A stretch of DNA of 64,000 nt from Promethearchaeota archaeon (GTDB taxonomy: Archaea; Asgardarchaeota; Lokiarchaeia; Sigyniarchaeales; SOKP01), in contig JAHPZJ010000014.1 of assembly GCA_019058245.1 (NCBI GenBank), positions 1 to 64,000 on the forward strand. The letters are read 5' to 3'. Position numbers and translations under genes: made by a program. Below the pieces are notes generated by a model. That model saw only the letters and a program-made list of their open reading frames with translations. It did no database searches and was not told the DNA's origin. Shown piece after piece: positions 28,055-37,916 of this stretch. Within the stretch, counting starts at the first letter, position 1. Each line of letters opens with the position of its first letter.

Positions 28055-28127
28055 TTTTTATATAAAGAAAAGGGGAAATGCTAAAATATATCATTAATCT
28101 AAGTAAATAAAAATATCCCGCAATACC

Positions 28128-29492
28128 ATGACTCTTATTACAGAGCTAAATTGGAATTTCTTTAAAATTCTTTATTTAATAATAATTTTCGTAATTGGGT
28201 TTCTAGTTACTTATAAAATCCTCCCTTTAATAATTAAATTCATGAAAAAGAAAGGTCATGTGGGGTATGACATACATAAAAACGCTCAGCCTGAGATTGC
28301 TGAATCTGGTGGAATAGTTTTAGTGATTGGTTTTGCTCTTGTTTCAATTTTCTTAATATTATTTTTTCCAAAAATATCTCATGAGACGCTCATCTTTCTT
28401 TTAACTGTTATTCTTGCGGGAGTCATAGGATTTATTGATGACCTAATAAAATTAAAATCGAGATATAAAATTATCCTTTCAATATTTTGTGGGGGCCCTC
28501 TTTTTTTTGCAAATATTTTAGGTTTTGTATCAATCTCTTCACCCACAATACCATTTTTAGATAAAACCAGATTAAATTTCATTTATCCACTTATGATACC
28601 TGTAATTATAGCTGTTTTTGTAAATAGTATAAATATGTTAGAGGGCTATAATGGAGAAGGTTCTGGTACTAGTTTAATTATAGTATCATTTCTGTTTATT
28701 TGTGGGCTATTATGGAATTCAGCTGAAGCAGTGTTTTTTACTATTCCTGTTATATCAATATTAATCCCATTTTTTATTTTTAATAAATATCCTGCAAAAA
28801 TCTTCCCTGGAGATGTAGGAACTCTAAGTATGGGAGCAATGATCGCTTGCATTATGCTTTTTAGTTCACTTGAAGTTGCTACGTTTTGTGCTCTTCTAAC
28901 TCATATTATTAATAGTTTCTATGTGATTAATTCTGTTCGCGGATTCTTTGAAAGTAGTGATATTCATAAAGAAAAAAGTGATATTATATTACTTAAAGAT
29001 GATCGAATACAAGCATCAGATAAAAGAGATGCGGCTTTAACCCTACCTCGGCTAATATTAGCAAAAGGTCCATTAACAGAACCAGAGTTAGTAAAAAATA
29101 TTTTCGCTATTTCAATGAGTTGTGGATTTTTTTCTATTCTCTCAATAATTTTCTTGCTTGTTTCTACAGGAAATCTTGAATTTATTGTTCTTGTGATTTC
29201 CGTTATTATACTTTTTATTCCTACCTGTTATATATTATATAAATTTCCCAGAATAAGAGGAATAATTGTACAAATGATAATTTTACTAGTTTCGCTAATA
29301 TTTTTCCTATTTATTATTGAAATCTTTATTATGCCTTTACCATTTGATGATATTAGTTTTTTTATATTTGAAATTCCAGTTAATCTTTTACTTTCTTTTC
29401 TCTTTCTTGTTCCTGGATTAGTAGTTTGGTATATTCTAACTATTAAATCCTTTTGGATAGTAATTGAGAAAATGAAAAAGAAAAAGGAATAG
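28128..29492 (+). CDS. aglH: UDP-GlcNAc:dolichyl-phosphate GlcNAc-1-P transferase (AglH/ALG7/DPAGT1 family) with extra C-terminal TM helices
   Basis: GYDIHK, AESGG, IGFIDDL, NSINMLEGYNG, FNKYPAKIFPGDVGTL, LTLPRLIL..GPLTEPELV. Confidence 0.88.
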   Translation: MTLITELNWNFFKILYLIIIFVIGFLVTYKILPLIIKFMKKKGHVGYDIHKNAQPEIAESGGIVLVIGFALVSIFLILFFPKISHETLIFLLTVILAGVIGFIDDLIKLKSRYKIILSIFCGGPLFFANILGFVSISSPTIPFLDKTRLNFIYPLMIPVIIAVFVNSINMLEGYNGEGSGTSLIIVSFLFICGLLWNSAEAVFFTIPVISILIPFFIFNKYPAKIFPGDVGTLSMGAMIACIMLFSSLEVATFCALLTHIINSFYVINSVRGFFESSDIHKEKSDIILLKDDRIQASDKRDAALTLPRLILAKGPLTEPELVKNIFAISMSCGFFSILSIIFLLVSTGNLEFIVLVISVIILFIPTCYILYKFPRIRGIIVQMIILLVSLIFFLFIIEIFIMPLPFDDISFFIFEIPVNLLLSFLFLVPGLVVWYILTIKSFWIVIEKMKKKKE

Positions 29493-29592
29493 ATATAAAG
29501 GTATAAGATTTTCTCTATTTTTTCTAAAAAAATTAATTAACTCTATTATTTATTATCAAAATAAAAATAAAGAGAAAAATGAGGTACTATAG

Positions 29593-32133
29593 TTGAAAAA
29601 ATTTTTTAGAACTATCCTATTTTTTTTATATATTTTTATATCGATCATATCATCTATTTTTTTGAATATATCATTTTTTCATTTTAATTGGACAAGACTT
29701 ATAGTAGATTGGAGTTTCTTAATAACAATTTTCTTATATTTATTAACAATTGAAGAATTTTATCATTGGGTTCAAAACAATGAAAGAAGTGAAATGAGTG
29801 ATATAATTGCAATAGCATTTTTCTTTTTCCTTATTTTTTTCTTTTCTAAGGATTTTTTAACTTCTTTAATGGGAGCATTTTCAATTTATCTGTGGATTGG
29901 AATTTTTGAATTACGAGAATATCCAATATTAAATAAAATATTAATAATTTCTTTAGTGACTTACAATGTAATATTTATCGCAGGTATTATTTCCTTCTAT
30001 CAAAATAATCCTTTTTTTATAAATACTGCTTTTGCTTTTTCATTTTGGATTATATTGATTATGGGATTTATCTTATTTGGAAGAAAATATTTAATTGTGT
30101 GGAGATTTATGAGTCCCGAATATTTAACACTATTATTATATATAATAGCTTGGTTAGCAGTTGCTATTCTTAATCAATACACACCACTCAACTTCATAAG
30201 CAATAAATCCTTGATTTTTAATCAATTTTCAATTATCGATTATTTTATGAATATATATTTTATCCTAATCTGTGTGAATTGGATAATATATTTTATTTCT
30301 GGTTTAATTCTAGATAAAATGCTTGGAATTAAGAGAGTAAAAGACAGTTCTATTTTGAAAAAAGTAAAGAAAGTAAAAGACGATATTGGAATTAAAGCTA
30401 AAGTGAAAGTAGGTTTTGGACAATACCCAATTTTAAATGCCATGGCTTATGGTTCTTTTCTTGATAAAAGAATTGCAATTATTGCTGAGGACATGAATCA
30501 AATTCCAAATGATGAATTAAATGGTATTTTGGCTCATGAATTGGCACACACAAAAGGAAACCACACTTTAATTTTAACAATTATTACAACTGGGGATTTA
30601 ATTGTTAGAATGATTTTGGGTATCCCAGCCACATTTTACGATTATACTTTTGGAAACCCTCGGATTCCTATGATTCTTTTTATTTTTTTGAATATAGTAA
30701 TATATATCCTTCTTTTTGTATTTGTAAGAATTTTAGAAGGAAAGGCTGATTTAAAAGCGAAAAAAGCGGGATATGCTGGTGAGCTAGTTAAAGCACTTTA
30801 TAATTTAGAAAGCTTCTATGCTACTGGAAGAGAAATAGGATTGAATACGATGTTATTATGCGAGGAAAAGATAACAAAAGATAATCAACTATTAGATTAT
30901 ATGAATACAGCCATTTATTTACATCGTTCTATGATTAAACCATCAAGAGGCTCCCTAATTTCAAATTTTATAAATTCTCATCCACCTAGTTATCATAGAA
31001 TTGCAGGATTATTAAGTGATGAGTTAAAACCCAGCAAAGAAGCAATCCTTCCTTTTATTTGTTTAAGAAAATCTAAACAAAAAAAATATGCTAAAAAATT
31101 TGAAATTGCAAGAGGGAAATTTAAATTGATAGCAAATGAAAAATTTAAAGAATTTTTTAGAATTGACGATATTTCTTCACTAATGGTCAAACTTAGAAGG
31201 AATGAATTATATAAATTTGATGTTCAGAAAGATTATATTTTTCGGAATCTAATTACAGATGAATTAATTCTTGGAAAACTAGACAATATTGAATTTATTG
31301 ATGATATTTCTGATCCAGTCCAATTTATAGTAAATAAAAAAAAAAATAACAATATCTGTCGTTTAAATTCATCAAATTATATGCGTATTCGATATGATTT
31401 AAACGCACAATATTTCTTACAGAAAGATCAACCCTTAACTTTAACTGATATTGTAATTTCCAATAAAAGTAAAAAACCATACTATCTTTTCATGGAAAAT
31501 GATATCACTGAAATCCAAAAGTCAATTTTAAAGATACATTTACCAATTTCAAGTGTTCAAATCGAATCTTTGAAAAATCAAGAGGTTTTTTTAAAAACTC
31601 AAGGAACTTTAAAAAGATTTAAATGCACAAATATAATTAAAGCAGATAGTCTAGACAATTTTCAAATTGAATTATATAGTAAAGAGAATACAGATAAAGA
31701 ATCAATCAAATACAATTTCAATCAATTAATAATTCGACCTAAAAAAATTTATTTGAATATTAGCAGAAAATCCAATTTTCGAGAATCTGAAGTAAATATG
31801 ATTAAATGGTTATCCACTAACAAAATTCAATCTTTTATTCACCTTAAGAAACCTGTGAATAATATAGAAATTGGTTATATTCAGAATATTGAAGGCAATT
31901 TACAAAAAAATTATGAAAAACATTCAATCAATAACAATAAGAATGGAAATCTTTTACTAATAATAAATAATATTTTTGGAAAGGAAGAGAAAATTCCTTA
32001 TAAACAAATAGAAGCAATTTATTTTGAATATGATAGTGCTGTAATACTAATTAAATCAGCGACAAGCTTCAGTAGTCGGTTAGGATATAAAATATTAAAG
32101 AAGTTCAAACCTGAAAGAATAATTATGACTTAA
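29593..32133 (+). CDS. large membrane M48 (HtpX-like) zinc metalloprotease with extra N-terminal TM domain and C-terminal soluble extension
   Basis: NAMAYG, GILAHELAH (HExxH), EGKAD, SHPPSYHRI; TTG start with GAGGT upstream. Confidence 0.85.
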   Translation: MKKFFRTILFFLYIFISIISSIFLNISFFHFNWTRLIVDWSFLITIFLYLLTIEEFYHWVQNNERSEMSDIIAIAFFFFLIFFFSKDFLTSLMGAFSIYLWIGIFELREYPILNKILIISLVTYNVIFIAGIISFYQNNPFFINTAFAFSFWIILIMGFILFGRKYLIVWRFMSPEYLTLLLYIIAWLAVAILNQYTPLNFISNKSLIFNQFSIIDYFMNIYFILICVNWIIYFISGLILDKMLGIKRVKDSSILKKVKKVKDDIGIKAKVKVGFGQYPILNAMAYGSFLDKRIAIIAEDMNQIPNDELNGILAHELAHTKGNHTLILTIITTGDLIVRMILGIPATFYDYTFGNPRIPMILFIFLNIVIYILLFVFVRILEGKADLKAKKAGYAGELVKALYNLESFYATGREIGLNTMLLCEEKITKDNQLLDYMNTAIYLHRSMIKPSRGSLISNFINSHPPSYHRIAGLLSDELKPSKEAILPFICLRKSKQKKYAKKFEIARGKFKLIANEKFKEFFRIDDISSLMVKLRRNELYKFDVQKDYIFRNLITDELILGKLDNIEFIDDISDPVQFIVNKKKNNNICRLNSSNYMRIRYDLNAQYFLQKDQPLTLTDIVISNKSKKPYYLFMENDITEIQKSILKIHLPISSVQIESLKNQEVFLKTQGTLKRFKCTNIIKADSLDNFQIELYSKENTDKESIKYNFNQLIIRPKKIYLNISRKSNFRESEVNMIKWLSTNKIQSFIHLKKPVNNIEIGYIQNIEGNLQKNYEKHSINNNKNGNLLLIINNIFGKEEKIPYKQIEAIYFEYDSAVILIKSATSFSSRLGYKILKKFKPERIIMT

Positions 32134-32171
32134 AAAAATTTAATATAAATGTGTCTTTCTAAAATTTAATT

Positions 32172-33113
32172 ATGGTAAGTAAAATTAAAAGCGTTATTCG
32201 ACTTCTACGTATTCGGCAATATTATAAAAACTTCATGATTTTTGTTGGGATTTTTTTCAGTGGTAGATTATTTGATTACTCCCTCTATTTTCCCCTCTTA
32301 ATTGGTTTTGCTTTACTATGTTCGGCTTCATCTTTTAATTATATTATCAATGATATTCGAGATATTGAAAATGACAAAAAGCATCCAGAGAAAATAAGGA
32401 AGAAACCTCTTGCTTCCGGAGATCTTTCAATTTCTTTTGCCGTGTTAGTTTTAATTATATTAATTGTATTTATAGTGTTAAGTTTGGTATTTATTATTCC
32501 AAAGAACTCTACTGTTGGGCTAACACTCATGATAGTCTTCATAATCGTAACAGGCCAGCTGTACAATCATATTTTAAAAAATTTTGCTTTTATAGACATA
32601 ATAATCTTATCTACGGGATATTTATGGAGAGCTATAGCAGGTTGTGTTATTATTGGAGAATATATTTCGGGCTGGTTATATTTTGCAATCTTTGAGATTG
32701 CTCTATTCTTAAGTATTGCAAAAAGAAAGAGTGATTTAGAATTACTTGGTAAAGAAAGAGCCATTGAACATAAAAAAGTATATGATCAATACTCCCAAAA
32801 ATTATTAGATCAATTTTATGTAATGATTGCCGTCTCCATTTTTATGACTTATTCTCTTTATCTCATCTTTAAATTTAATTTGTTTATTCCAGAAGAAACA
32901 AGCCTCAATGAGCTGTTTGTTGTCCTAACAATACCAATTTCACTATATATAATTATGAGATTTATGTATCTTACCTCTGCTAAGCCAGAAATCGCTCGTA
33001 GTACTGAAAAAGCATTTCTAGATAAAGGAATGATTATTGCTAGCTTAATTATGTTTATTATTCTCATTTTATCTTTTTATCTTGAAGAAATTGTTGAAAT
33101 ACTAAACCTCTAA
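32172..33113 (+). CDS. UbiA-family prenyltransferase, polyprenyl-phosphate phosphoribosyltransferase-like
   Basis: LLRIRQYYKN, YIINDIRDIENDKKHPEK..KPLASG, LFLSIAKRKSDL. Confidence 0.8.
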   Translation: MVSKIKSVIRLLRIRQYYKNFMIFVGIFFSGRLFDYSLYFPLLIGFALLCSASSFNYIINDIRDIENDKKHPEKIRKKPLASGDLSISFAVLVLIILIVFIVLSLVFIIPKNSTVGLTLMIVFIIVTGQLYNHILKNFAFIDIIILSTGYLWRAIAGCVIIGEYISGWLYFAIFEIALFLSIAKRKSDLELLGKERAIEHKKVYDQYSQKLLDQFYVMIAVSIFMTYSLYLIFKFNLFIPEETSLNELFVVLTIPISLYIIMRFMYLTSAKPEIARSTEKAFLDKGMIIASLIMFIILILSFYLEEIVEILNL

Positions 33114-33300
33114 AGGAGAACCCATTTTTTTCCCATTACATTGTTTTTTTTAATTGAGAATTAAAAATCAATTATGATTTGAGAAATTAATTAAAAAAAA
33201 AGGAAAAAACTTATAAGCTTACAAATTTAAAAAAAATTTAATAAATAATCTAAAAAAAATTATAAAATTACTAATTAAAAAAGTGTTGTGATTTTTTAAT

Positions 33301-35022
33301 ATGGAAATGGAAAAGAAAAACTTAGCAATTATAATTTTAGCCGTTGTTCTAGTCGTATCTGGTGTTGGAAATATTATCCTTGGAGTATTAGTTTCAGTAC
33401 CTCAAGCAGCATCACAAAATACCATAATTGCTGGGGAGATGTATGGTCCTGATAATTTAGATCCTCATGAGTTATGGGAGAGTGCAGGCTTCAATATAGA
33501 TCAGCAAATTTACGAAGGGTTATATCGATATGCAATCGAAGATTCAGATATTCCACTTGTTCCACAGTTAGCAAGCGCAATTGGTAATTGGTCATATGCT
33601 TCAGTAGATCCTGAACATAGTATTGCAAATCTAACCATTGCCCTAAGACATGACGTAACTTTCCATGATGGAACTCCATTCACCGCTGCTGCAGTTAAAT
33701 GGAGCTTCGATAGATTAGCATATTGGATGAATGTAACAGGTGACCTTCCTGCTACTGAGACAGTCGCTCAAATAGAATCCCTATATAGATGGCCTGATTG
33801 GACCCCAGTTATTAATGAAACTGTAGTTGTTGATGATTATACAGTTAAATTCGTATTAAATAGACCTTATGGAGTGTTCGATGCTCTCTTATGTTTCAGT
33901 GGTTCATTTATTATGAAACCCATAGATGCCCAGTTGCATTCGAGGATTCAAGTATCACAAGCTTGTGCTCCAGGTGGAAGTGGAGACCAAATCATTGGAA
34001 CTGGTCCTTTTATTTTTGAATCATATAGGGCTGGTGTAGAGACAAGAATGAAACGTAATGACGATTATTATCTAGAACCAGCAGCAGTTGAAAGAGTAGT
34101 TATCACTATCATTCAAGATGCAGATGCTAGAAATAACGCGATGTTAGCAGGTGATATTAATCTTTTAGAATCCCCACATCCTTCGTTCTATGATGAGATG
34201 AGAGCCTCTACTAAAGTTAATCTTGTAGAAGTAGACTCCCCTGCAAGTTCAATTACACAATATCTAGGATTCAATAACAAATTAATTAATAAAACATGGA
34301 GACAAGCAATGTCATGGGCAATTAATTACTCTTACATGATTAATGAACTTTTAGAAGGTTATGCTTTAAGATTAGAATCAGCTATTCCTATGGGAATTGC
34401 ATATGCTAACTATTCAAGTCATGAAGCAGTTTATAATGTTACTAAAGCAAGGCAAATCATGCAAAGCATGGGATTTGGGACTACCTTTACTACAGACACT
34501 CAATGGCAAGGAGCTACGTTTAGATCGGTAAATTATACATATAATATCGGTAATAAATTCCGAGAAGATATGTTGATCTTATTACAACAAAATCTCGCTA
34601 ATATTGGAATTAAAGTCACAGACAATGGTCAAGAATGGACTCCATACCTCGATTTAGTCTATAATAGAACAGCTCCCGGCTATGATGGATTGGAGCTCTG
34701 GTTTATTGGATGGATACCTGATTATAATGATCCAAGTAATTATGTTAATTCTTTGATGTCTAATGTATCATCTGGTAACGCAGCTCAAATTAACGATCCC
34801 ACGTTAGAAGGGCTGCTAAGAGCAGGTCTAGTTGAAACTAATACTACCCTAAGAGCGCAAATCTATAATGAGATGCAACAATATCTTTGCGAAGATCTCA
34901 TGCCATGGGCATGGGGTTATAGTTCCTTAAACAGAGATGCCTTTGCGCCAAATCTAAAAGGATTTCCAACTAACCCATGGGGCTATGTATATTTCTATCC
35001 TTGCTATTTTGTTGTAGACTAG
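33301..35022 (+). CDS. oppA: ABC peptide transporter substrate-binding protein (family 5), N-terminally anchored
   Basis: LDP, IYEGL, LRHDVTFHDGTPFTAAAVKWSFDR, IGTGPF, GWIPDYNDPSNY. Confidence 0.9.
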   Translation: MEMEKKNLAIIILAVVLVVSGVGNIILGVLVSVPQAASQNTIIAGEMYGPDNLDPHELWESAGFNIDQQIYEGLYRYAIEDSDIPLVPQLASAIGNWSYASVDPEHSIANLTIALRHDVTFHDGTPFTAAAVKWSFDRLAYWMNVTGDLPATETVAQIESLYRWPDWTPVINETVVVDDYTVKFVLNRPYGVFDALLCFSGSFIMKPIDAQLHSRIQVSQACAPGGSGDQIIGTGPFIFESYRAGVETRMKRNDDYYLEPAAVERVVITIIQDADARNNAMLAGDINLLESPHPSFYDEMRASTKVNLVEVDSPASSITQYLGFNNKLINKTWRQAMSWAINYSYMINELLEGYALRLESAIPMGIAYANYSSHEAVYNVTKARQIMQSMGFGTTFTTDTQWQGATFRSVNYTYNIGNKFREDMLILLQQNLANIGIKVTDNGQEWTPYLDLVYNRTAPGYDGLELWFIGWIPDYNDPSNYVNSLMSNVSSGNAAQINDPTLEGLLRAGLVETNTTLRAQIYNEMQQYLCEDLMPWAWGYSSLNRDAFAPNLKGFPTNPWGYVYFYPCYFVVD

Positions 35023-35285
35023 AAATAAATTAAGGAGGATACTTATAAACTAAAAATTAATCAATTTTTTTTTTTAATTTAAAAGAATATTTAATAATTT
35101 TTGAACAATAAAAAAAGGGGATAAGAGCAAATAAAGAAAGTTATATAGAAGAAACTCATTATTTAATGATTATTTTTTATGAAAAAATGTTATTTTAAAA
35201 TTAATAAAAAGACTATTATTTTCAAATTTAAAACAAAAACGATAAATTATTCAAATTAAAACAAATTATCTATAAAATAATCCTT

Positions 35286-35750
35286 ATGAGGACTAAAATT
35301 GATTTTGGCAGGCAAGGAAATTTTATTTTTACTATTCTCATGATCCACTTCTTATTTTTTGGATATATATGTAATGTGTATAAAAAATCAATAGGAGTAG
35401 ATATATTATATTTGCATAAAATTCTATTTAGTCCCTATTCTTTTATTTCAATCATTATTCTTTTTCTATTAGTGTTTATTATGGTATTCAGAGAACAATT
35501 TTTTGAATATGGGATTAGGAATAGTATTTGGCTTACTCCCATAATCATAGGACAATCGTGGTTTTGGTATATCTTTATTAATTATAAATTAGATATATTT
35601 ATCCAGATTGGACGATTTTTTATTAGTTATGAAGGATACCTCACAATTTTTTCAATATTGGGTATTAATTTATTAGCAGCAATTTTAGCTGCTTATGCTA
35701 GACAGAAATATAATGAATATTTTAGAACTACGAAAGAGATTCAAGATTAA
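35286..35750 (+). CDS. small four-TM membrane protein
   Basis: Hydrophobic segments; lies within the opp cluster. Confidence 0.7.
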   Translation: MRTKIDFGRQGNFIFTILMIHFLFFGYICNVYKKSIGVDILYLHKILFSPYSFISIIILFLLVFIMVFREQFFEYGIRNSIWLTPIIIGQSWFWYIFINYKLDIFIQIGRFFISYEGYLTIFSILGINLLAAILAAYARQKYNEYFRTTKEIQD

Positions 35751-35796
35751 AAAAAAATAACAACAAAAAATTATAAAAATTGGTCAGGGTTAAAAT

Positions 35797-36816
35797 ATGA
35801 GTATGCTTAAATATATATTACGAAGACTATTACAACTAGTACCTATATTATTTGGAGTTTTACTTATAACATTTTTCCTTTCTAGAGCAATGCCAGGGGA
35901 TCCCATTCAAGCGCACCTCCCACCAATATATACACAAGCACAATATGAAGCGAGAAGGCATCAACTCGGATTTGATTTACCTCTATGGCAACAATTTTTT
36001 ATATATCTAGGAAACTTATTTGCGGGTAATTGGGGTTATTCTATATCAATTAATAGAGGACAAGATGTCTGGGAACTTATCTGGGAAAGATTTCCAAGAA
36101 CTTTAGATATAGCAATATTATCAATAATTATTGCATCAATCGTAGGCATTAAAACTGGAGTAATATCAGCAACCCATAGAAATAAGGCAAAAGATACAAT
36201 ATTAAGGGGATTTGCTCTTGTGGGGGTGTCTATTCCGGTATTTTGGTTAGGATTACTCCTTCAATTCTTTGTAGCCTATAAGCTAGGTTGGTTACCAGCA
36301 ATCGGATATAAAGATATGAGATATAGTGATCCTCCACTAAGGACAGGTTTCATGGTAATAGATGCTATAATTGCAGGTCAAATGAATTTAGCGATAGACT
36401 ACTTAGTTCATTTGATTTTACCAGTATTATGCTTAGCATTTATATTTCTCGCAACATTCACAAGACAAACACGTTCAAGCATGCTTGAAATATTACAACA
36501 GGATTATATTCGAACCGCAAGAGCAAAAGGTTGTAGAGAAAAAGATGTAATAAAAAAACATGCTAGAAGAAATGCATTAATTCCTACCACAACTGTTATA
36601 GGATTAAGCATTGGTGGCTTATTAGGAGGGGCTATGTTAACTGAAATTACTTTTAATTTACATGGAATGGGTGAATTATTATTACGTGCTATACTTGATC
36701 GAGATTATTATGTCTTAAATGCGATCGTATTTATGACCACAATGATATTCATTCTTGTAAATTTATTTACTGATATGGCATATGCGTATTTAGACCCTAG
36801 AATAACATTTCAATAG
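35797..36816 (+). CDS. oppB: ABC peptide transporter permease
   Basis: YILRRL, PGDP, RSSMLEILQQDYIRTARAKG, YAYLDPRI. Confidence 0.95.
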   Translation: MSMLKYILRRLLQLVPILFGVLLITFFLSRAMPGDPIQAHLPPIYTQAQYEARRHQLGFDLPLWQQFFIYLGNLFAGNWGYSISINRGQDVWELIWERFPRTLDIAILSIIIASIVGIKTGVISATHRNKAKDTILRGFALVGVSIPVFWLGLLLQFFVAYKLGWLPAIGYKDMRYSDPPLRTGFMVIDAIIAGQMNLAIDYLVHLILPVLCLAFIFLATFTRQTRSSMLEILQQDYIRTARAKGCREKDVIKKHARRNALIPTTTVIGLSIGGLLGGAMLTEITFNLHGMGELLLRAILDRDYYVLNAIVFMTTMIFILVNLFTDMAYAYLDPRITFQ

Positions 36817-36885
36817 AACAGAACATAAAGGAATACAACTAAAAGGACGTGAAAAAAAATTAAACAAGAAACTTATCAAGAAAAA

Positions 36886-37869
36886 ATGGAAGGATTTATC
36901 GAAGAAGAAAAAAAAGTGGGTACTTTAAAAAACATAATCTTATGGATTTTTTCTAATATTAAATTTCTTCTTATACCTGGTTCTAGAATAGAAGAATTAT
37001 CACAGCGGGAATCTGACTATGAAAGAACGGTTAGTAAGAGAAAATTTATTCGGAGATTAAAATCACCCTTAACTATCATAGGAATTTTTATCGTTATTTC
37101 TATCATAACATTAGCAATTTTTGGACATTGGATTTCTCCCTATACCATTGAAGAAGCTGACGGAATGTTAGAGAATTCATGGGCGGGTCCATCTCCAGAT
37201 CATCCTTTAGGGCAAACAAATTTTGGGCGTGATATCTTAGCAAGAATAATATTTGGGGCAAGAAATTCCTTAACGATTGCACTACCTGCAATTACATTAA
37301 GTGTAGTTGTAGGTGTCATAATAGGTGTGATTGCTGCTTATTATGGTGGATGGATAGATACCATTTTAATGAGATTATGCGATATTTTTCTGGCATTTCC
37401 TGCATTGGTTTTTGCTATTATATTAGTGGGAATTTTAGGTCGAAGAATGGATATTATAATTTTAGCTTATGGAATTCTTGGTATACCTTTTTATTCACGT
37501 TTAATTAGGGGATCAGTATTACAGGCAAGAGCGTTACCTTATGTGGAAGCCGCAAGAGTATCTGGAGCAGGTAGTTGGAGAATAATGTTTAGGCATATCC
37601 TACCTAATTCTATACAACCAATCATAATTTCATTTACGTTCGATATTGGTGGAGTTATATTGAGTTTTGCAGGGTTAGCATTTTTAGGATATAGTGATCC
37701 TCACTTAATTGAATGGGGGAGAGACATCGATATTGGGCGTGGTCATCTCGTTAATGCCCCTTGGGCGGCATTATGGCCAGGATTAATGATATTGGTTACA
37801 GTATTGGGTTTTATGTTAGTTGGAGATGGATTAAGAGATGCTCTCGACCCAAGATTAAGAAATTTATAG
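36886..37869 (+). CDS. oppC: ABC peptide transporter permease
   Basis: HPLGQTNFGRDILARIIFGAR, YVEAARVSGA, GDGLRDALDPR. Confidence 0.95.
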   Translation: MEGFIEEEKKVGTLKNIILWIFSNIKFLLIPGSRIEELSQRESDYERTVSKRKFIRRLKSPLTIIGIFIVISIITLAIFGHWISPYTIEEADGMLENSWAGPSPDHPLGQTNFGRDILARIIFGARNSLTIALPAITLSVVVGVIIGVIAAYYGGWIDTILMRLCDIFLAFPALVFAIILVGILGRRMDIIILAYGILGIPFYSRLIRGSVLQARALPYVEAARVSGAGSWRIMFRHILPNSIQPIIISFTFDIGGVILSFAGLAFLGYSDPHLIEWGRDIDIGRGHLVNAPWAALWPGLMILVTVLGFMLVGDGLRDALDPRLRNL

Positions 37870-37916
37870 CGTTAGACTTATCTCTTGTATAAATTACTAT
37901 TGAGTTGACATAGAAC

